A DNA stretch of 64,000 nucleotides. It comes from Betaproteobacteria bacterium. Lineage in GTDB: Bacteria; Pseudomonadota; Gammaproteobacteria; Burkholderiales; Ga0077523. A program made the translations under genes and the position numbers. Shown in pieces: positions 21,301-27,300 of the stretch; the stretch's first letter is position 1; the number at the start of each line of letters is the position of its first letter. The stretch spans positions 7,945-71,944 of the forward strand of contig WGLR01000003.1 of NCBI GenBank assembly GCA_016125475.1, written 5' to 3'. The notes beneath the pieces are model-generated. The model was given only the letters and a program-made list of their open reading frames with translations, made no database searches and had not been told where the DNA came from.

Positions 21301-24300
21301 GGCAGCTTCGTCTGGAACGCGGGGCCGATGGCCGACAGTGCGATGCTGCGCGCGACCGGACACGCCGGCGCGGTCACCGTGACGGACGTGTCGGACGCCC
21401 CGTTCCAGATCGCGAACGCGGGCAATGCGTACTACCTGAACGATGGTTCGCTCGTCGGCGACGAGTACGCGACCGCGATCGGCAGCAATGCCAACGACGG
21501 CAAGACCGCCGCGACGCCCATGGCCAGCCTCGCGGCGCTGCTGCGGGCTTACGACCTCGATCCGGGCGACGTGATCTTCGTCGACACCGGCGTCTACGAG
21601 CTGAGCACGAACATCGTGCTGACCGAGGAGGATTCCGGCGTCACGATCCGGGGGCCGGTGCTGCCCGCCCACGACGCGGTGCTCGACCGGGGGAACACCA
21701 GTGCGCAGCAGCGCGTGATCTCCTTCCAGGGCGCGTCGGACGTCACGCTCGAATGGCTGAACCTGACGGGCGCGCAGAACGGCATCGAGGCCGTCGGCTC
21801 CGTCGGCAACGATCGCATCACGCTGCAGAACCTGGACGTCTACAACAACTCGTCCGTGGGCATCGAGTTCGGTTCCGGAGACTCCGACTGGGTCGTCCGC
21901 GACAGCAAGGTCCACAACAACACGACGTACGGCATCCAGGCGAGCAGCACCGAGCGGGCGCTCATCGAGGGCAACGAGGTCTACGCCAACGGCAATTCGG
22001 GGATCATCGCGAGCGGCAGTTCCGAGTCCAACCGGGTCCAGGTCGTCGACAACGACGCCCACGACAACGGCACCTACGGCATCAACATCGGCAGCTACGC
22101 GACGGCCCGGCAGAACCGCGCCTACAACCAGAACGGCTCGGGCGACGTCGGGATCTACAGCTACAACGCGACCTCCGTCATCGAGGACAACGACGCCCAC
22201 GACAACACGACCGGCATCCGGACGGGCTACCAGGGCTGGGTCGTTGGCAACCGCTCGTTCGACAACGGTATCGGGATCGCCAGCTACTACTCGTCCAACA
22301 TCTCCCGCAACCAGGTCTACTCGAACTCGACGGGTATCGTCGACGACGGCTACTCGGAGATCTTCGACAACCTCGTCTACGCGAATACCAACCGGGGCAT
22401 CGACGTGTCCTACTCCCACGTCGCCGGCAGTCGCAGCGTGTACAACAACACGATCTGGCAGGACACCGGCGACGCGATCCGCGTGGCCGGTTCGAGCACG
22501 AGCAACGTCCGGATCCGCAACAACATCCTGTCGGTCGGCAACGGCTACGCGATCAATGTCGAGTCCAACGGCCAGACAGGCTTCTCGAGCGACTGGAATC
22601 TCTTCGATCCGAGAACCGCGGCCGCCAAGATCGGCCGCTGGGGGGCTGCTGAGCAGGCGTCGCTCGCGGCGTGGCAGGCCCTCCCGGGCGTGCACGACCA
22701 GTCCGGCTTCGTGGGCGACCCGAAGTTCCTCGACATCGACGGGGCGGACAACGTGCTGGGTGACCAGGACGTGACGACGGGTGACGGCTACGACGACAAC
22801 TTCAGCCTGGACGCGTTCTCGGACGCCATCGACGCCGCGAACGCCTACGAGGCGGCGCGTCCGACGCCGACCTATCCTCACGATGCGGCGCTGCGGGACA
22901 TCGAGGACCGCATGCGCCAGGACGACCCCGCCACGCCGAACACGGGCATCGGCTGGGGCCGCTTTCAGGAATCGGTGCCGGGCGGCAGCAGCTACGCCGA
23001 GACCGGGACGGCGATTCCGCTGCGGTCCTCCTTCAACGTCGCGACGGTCGACCTCCCGTTCACGTTCACCTATTTCGGTGTCGACTACACGAGCGTGTCG
23101 GTCTCCGTGAACGGCTACCTGCACTTCGGCGGCCTCGACAACGCGGTGACCGGCGACGACAACTCCCAGGACATCTTCCTGCGCAACGCGCGCATCGCGC
23201 CCCTCTGGGACAACCTGCGCACCGACCAGACGCAGTCGGCCGCGTCGGGTTCGACCGAGGGCAACGTGTTCGCCGACGACACCGTGGCGGACCAGGTCAC
23301 GATCCGCTGGGCCGCGACGCGGCAGGCCACGGGCGGCGGCGACGTGAACTTCTCGGTCACGCTGTTCGCGAACGGCGACGTGCGCTTCGACTACGGCGAC
23401 GGCAACCAGGCTCTCTCGCCGACCGTGGGACTCAGTGCCGGCAACGGCATCACGTTCGTCCTCTCGCAGTACAGCGGCGCCTCGGACCTGAACAACGCGC
23501 AGTCCGTGATCTTCACGCGGAACGAGGGTCTCACGTACTTCGACATCGGCGCGTACGAGTTCCTCGGCGACTCCGGCGACACCACGCCGCCGCAGGTCAC
23601 GGCGATCACGCAGCTGCCGCCGGAAGGCGGCTCGACGGCGGCCGCCTTCTCGAGCGTGCAGGTCACCACGACGGAGGCGCTCAACACGATCAGTGCGCGC
23701 AGCCCCGCCAACTACGATCTGCGCAGCAAGGGCGTCGACGGCCTTTTCGACACCCCGGACGACGTGATCGTCCCCGTGCGGCCGTCCTACTCGTATCCCG
23801 AGACCAATCTCACCCTCGAGTTCCTCGTCGGTGCGAATGGCACGCCGGGCATCCTGCCGGATGGCGACTACCGCCTCACGCTCTCGGGCACGAACGCGAT
23901 CTACGACCTGTCCGGCAATCCGCTCGACGGCGACGCGAACGGCACGGGCGGTGACGATTACATCCGCCTGTTCACGATCGACCGCACGTCGAACATTCGG
24001 CCCGTGGCGAACGACCAGACCGTGAGCGTGAACGAGGACACCGGGGTGACCGTCACGCTCTCCGCGTCCGACGGCAACGGCGACGCGCTCGTCTACACGC
24101 TCGCGAGCGCGCCCCAGCACGGCACGCTGAGTGCGTTCGACCCCGCGAACCGGACCGTGATCTACACGCCGGACGCGGGCTATACCGGGGCCGACAGTTT
24201 CGACTTCGCGGTGGACGACGGCAATGCGGGCACCGACACCGGCACGATCACGTTCACGGTGCAGCCGGTGAACGACGCGCCGGTCGCTGCCGACCAGTCC

Positions 24301-27300
24301 GTCACGCTGGACGAGGACACCCCGCGATTCATCGTGCTCGACGGCTCGGACACCGAAACCGCCCGCGCCGACCTGACGTTCCTGCTCGGCGACGCGCCGC
24401 AGCACGGGTCCATCGTGCAGGGGCCCGCAGGCGGATGGACCTACACGCCCGACGCCGATTTCTCGGGCGAGGACAGCTTCACGTACTCCGTGCGCGACCG
24501 GGGCGATCCCGACGGCTCGAACGCGAACGTGCTCACCTCCGCGCCGGCGACGGTCACGCTGACGGTGGCTCCCGTGAACGATGCGCCGGTCATCGACGCG
24601 GTCGCGGATCAGGTGGTGCTCGAGGGATCCGTGCTGCTCGTGGACCTCGACGCGACGGACCCGGAAGGTCAGTCCCTCTCCTGGAGCCTCGATGTCGCGC
24701 CGGCCGGCATGACGATCGACGCCGCAACGGGCCTCGTCACCTGGACGCCCGTCGACGGCCCCGATACGGTGGACGTGACCGCGCGCGTGACGGACACGGG
24801 GACGCCCGCGGCATCCGCGACCATCGGGTTCCGGATCACCGTGCAGAACGTGGCGCCGACACTCACGCTGAGCGGCGCGTCGTCCGTCGACGAGGGTGCG
24901 CCGTACACGCTCGATCTCGCACACTCCGATCCCGGTGCGGACACGCTCCAGACGTGGGAGATCAACTGGGGCGACGGCGTCGTCGAGACCGTCGACGGTG
25001 CAGCCGCTTCCGCGACGCACACGTACTTCGCGGGAGGAGCCACGTACGGGATCACCGCGACCGCGACCGACGAGGACGGCACCTACGACGCGACGGGCAT
25101 CGACGTCACCGTGCTCGCACCCAACGCCGCTCCCGTGCCGCAGTCGCAGACCGTGTTCCTCGACGAGGACACGACGGCCGACATCGCGCTAGCCGCGACG
25201 GACATCGACGGGGACACGCTCACGTTCACGATCGAGACCGGGCCGACGCGCGGCACGCTGGGCGCGATCGACCCCGTCACGCACGTCGTCAGGTTCACGC
25301 CGGACGCGAACGTGCGCGGCAACGACAGCTTCACGTTCCGCGTGAGCGACGGGCAGGCGAGTGCGGTCGGAACCGTCACGCTGAAGGTCCGGCCCGTGAA
25401 CGACGTACCCGTTGCCGACGAGGCCTCGTTCGGCACCGACGAGGACGTCGCACTGACCGGCCGGCTCACGGGGAGCGACGTCGAGACGCCCGCCGACCAG
25501 CTCGCGTTCGCTGTGGCGACCGGACCGGCGAGCGGCACGCTCGACCTGAACGCCGACGGCACGTTCACGTACACGCCGGACCCCGACTTCTCCGGAGTGG
25601 ACACGTTCACGTTCACGGTGACCGACACCGGCGACGACGAACTCGATTGCGGCTGCCCGCTGGAGCCCTCCGGCTTCGTCGCGGACGGACCGGACACGAG
25701 CCCCGTCGCGACGGTCACGATCACCGTTTCCCCCGTGAACGACGATCCGGTGGCCACGGACGACGCGTACGCGGTCCACGCCGGCGGGACACTCACGATC
25801 CCGGCGCCCGGCGTGCTCGCGAACGACACGGATGTGGACGGAGGCGCGCTCGGCATCGACTCGACCGACACGTCCGGCCTGCAGGGCACGCTCTCGATGG
25901 GAGCGGACGGCGCGTTCACGTTCACGCCGACACCAGGCTTCTCCGGGCAGACGACCTTCGCCTACACCGTCGGCGACGGGGCGGGTGGTTCCGACACGGC
26001 CACGGTCACGATCGACGTGACCAACACGGCGCCCGTCGCGAACGACGACGCCTACGCCGTGCCGGTGGGCGGCACGCTCGTGATCGCGGCCCCGGGCCTG
26101 CTCGCGAACGACACTGACCCCGATGCCGACGGACTCTCGGTCGACGCGACCGACGTCACGGGGCTGCAGGGCACGCTCTCGACGGGAGCGGACGGCGCGT
26201 TCTCGTTCACGCCCGCGACCGGTTTCTCCGGCATCACGAGCTTCGACTACACCGTGTCGGACGGTGTCGGCGGGGGCGACACCGCAACGGTCACGATCGA
26301 TGTGCAGCTCACGACGTTGCGGGTCTCGGGGGTCGACGTGACGCCGAGCGGTGTCCACGTCGCGTTCACGGGCCCGATCGACGCGTCGCGCCTGAATCTC
26401 TTCGACGCAGCGGGCTTCGGGTTCGGGGCGGCGGACGTCACGCTCACGGGCGCGACGACAGGGGCGGTGCGCGGGTCGCTCGTGCTCGACGACGACGGCG
26501 CAGGGCTGAGTTTCGTGAAGACCGGCGGCGTGCTCGCGCCCGATGCGTACACGCTCACGGTGCGGAGCGGTGCCGGCGGCCTCGCGGACCTGCTCGGCGG
26601 TGCGCTCGACGGGAACGCCGACGGCGTGACCGGTGACGACTTCTCGACCACCTTCACCGTCGCGGCGACCGCGCAGCCCGTGCTGAGCGTGCCGGACCTC
26701 GCACGCGGTCCGGGGCAGGGGGCCATCCTGCCGGTCACGCTGTCCGAGGCGGGCGGTGTGACGGGCATCGCGTTCGACCTCGTGCACGACGGCGCGCTCG
26801 TGATCGACATGGTCGAACTCGCGCCGGGTTACTCCGGAACGCTCGGCACGAGCCTCGTGCCGGGGGGCATACACGTCGACATCCTGTTCGACGCCCCGCT
26901 TCCATCGGGACAGGCGGACCCGGTCACGCTCGTCGTCTCCGTGCCGGACACGGCACCCTATGGAAAAGCCGGCCGGATCGCGTTCGAGAACGTGTCACTC
27001 GCGCTCGGCGCGGCGGGAACCACGGATCAGGTGGTGGCCGACGAGGCGGTACACGTCTCCGGCTTCTTCATGGACGCGAACGGGAACCGCGCGTACACCA
27101 TGCTCGACGTGCAGCAGGTTCAGCGCGTCGTCGTGGGGCTCGACAGCGGCTTCGGCGCCTACGCGGCGATCGATCCGGTGATCGTGGGCGACCTGAACGG
27201 GAACGGCGCGATCACGTCACTCGACGCGAGCCGCTTCATGCAGTTCGTGCTGGGGCAGCCGCGCCGCGAGATACCCGCGCTGCCGGCCGGCAACGTGTCG

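Larger units (their letters stand above)
14248..22900 (+). repeat. Four tandem super-modules (beta-helix + cap + small Ig-like + optional sugar-binding inserts)
   Basis: Each unit opens with the same ~70-aa head. The heads are YWVDDGSNTNDEYTPGGIGDNRNTGK (14248), FYVNDGSLAGDQYTTAIGDDANDGLTPGTPK (16331), YYVNDASTAGDEYTTAIGDNANDGKTAATPMASLAALLRAYDLD (19141) and YYLNDGSLVGDEYATAIGSNANDGKTAATPMASLAALLRAYDLD (21430). PbH1 turns follow the head. Each unit closes with a cap, GF.SDYNLF....DDFHL...SPGVDRGDP....EP..NG.RV..GAYGNT. The copies are diverged at nucleotide level and are not identical. Confidence 0.85.
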
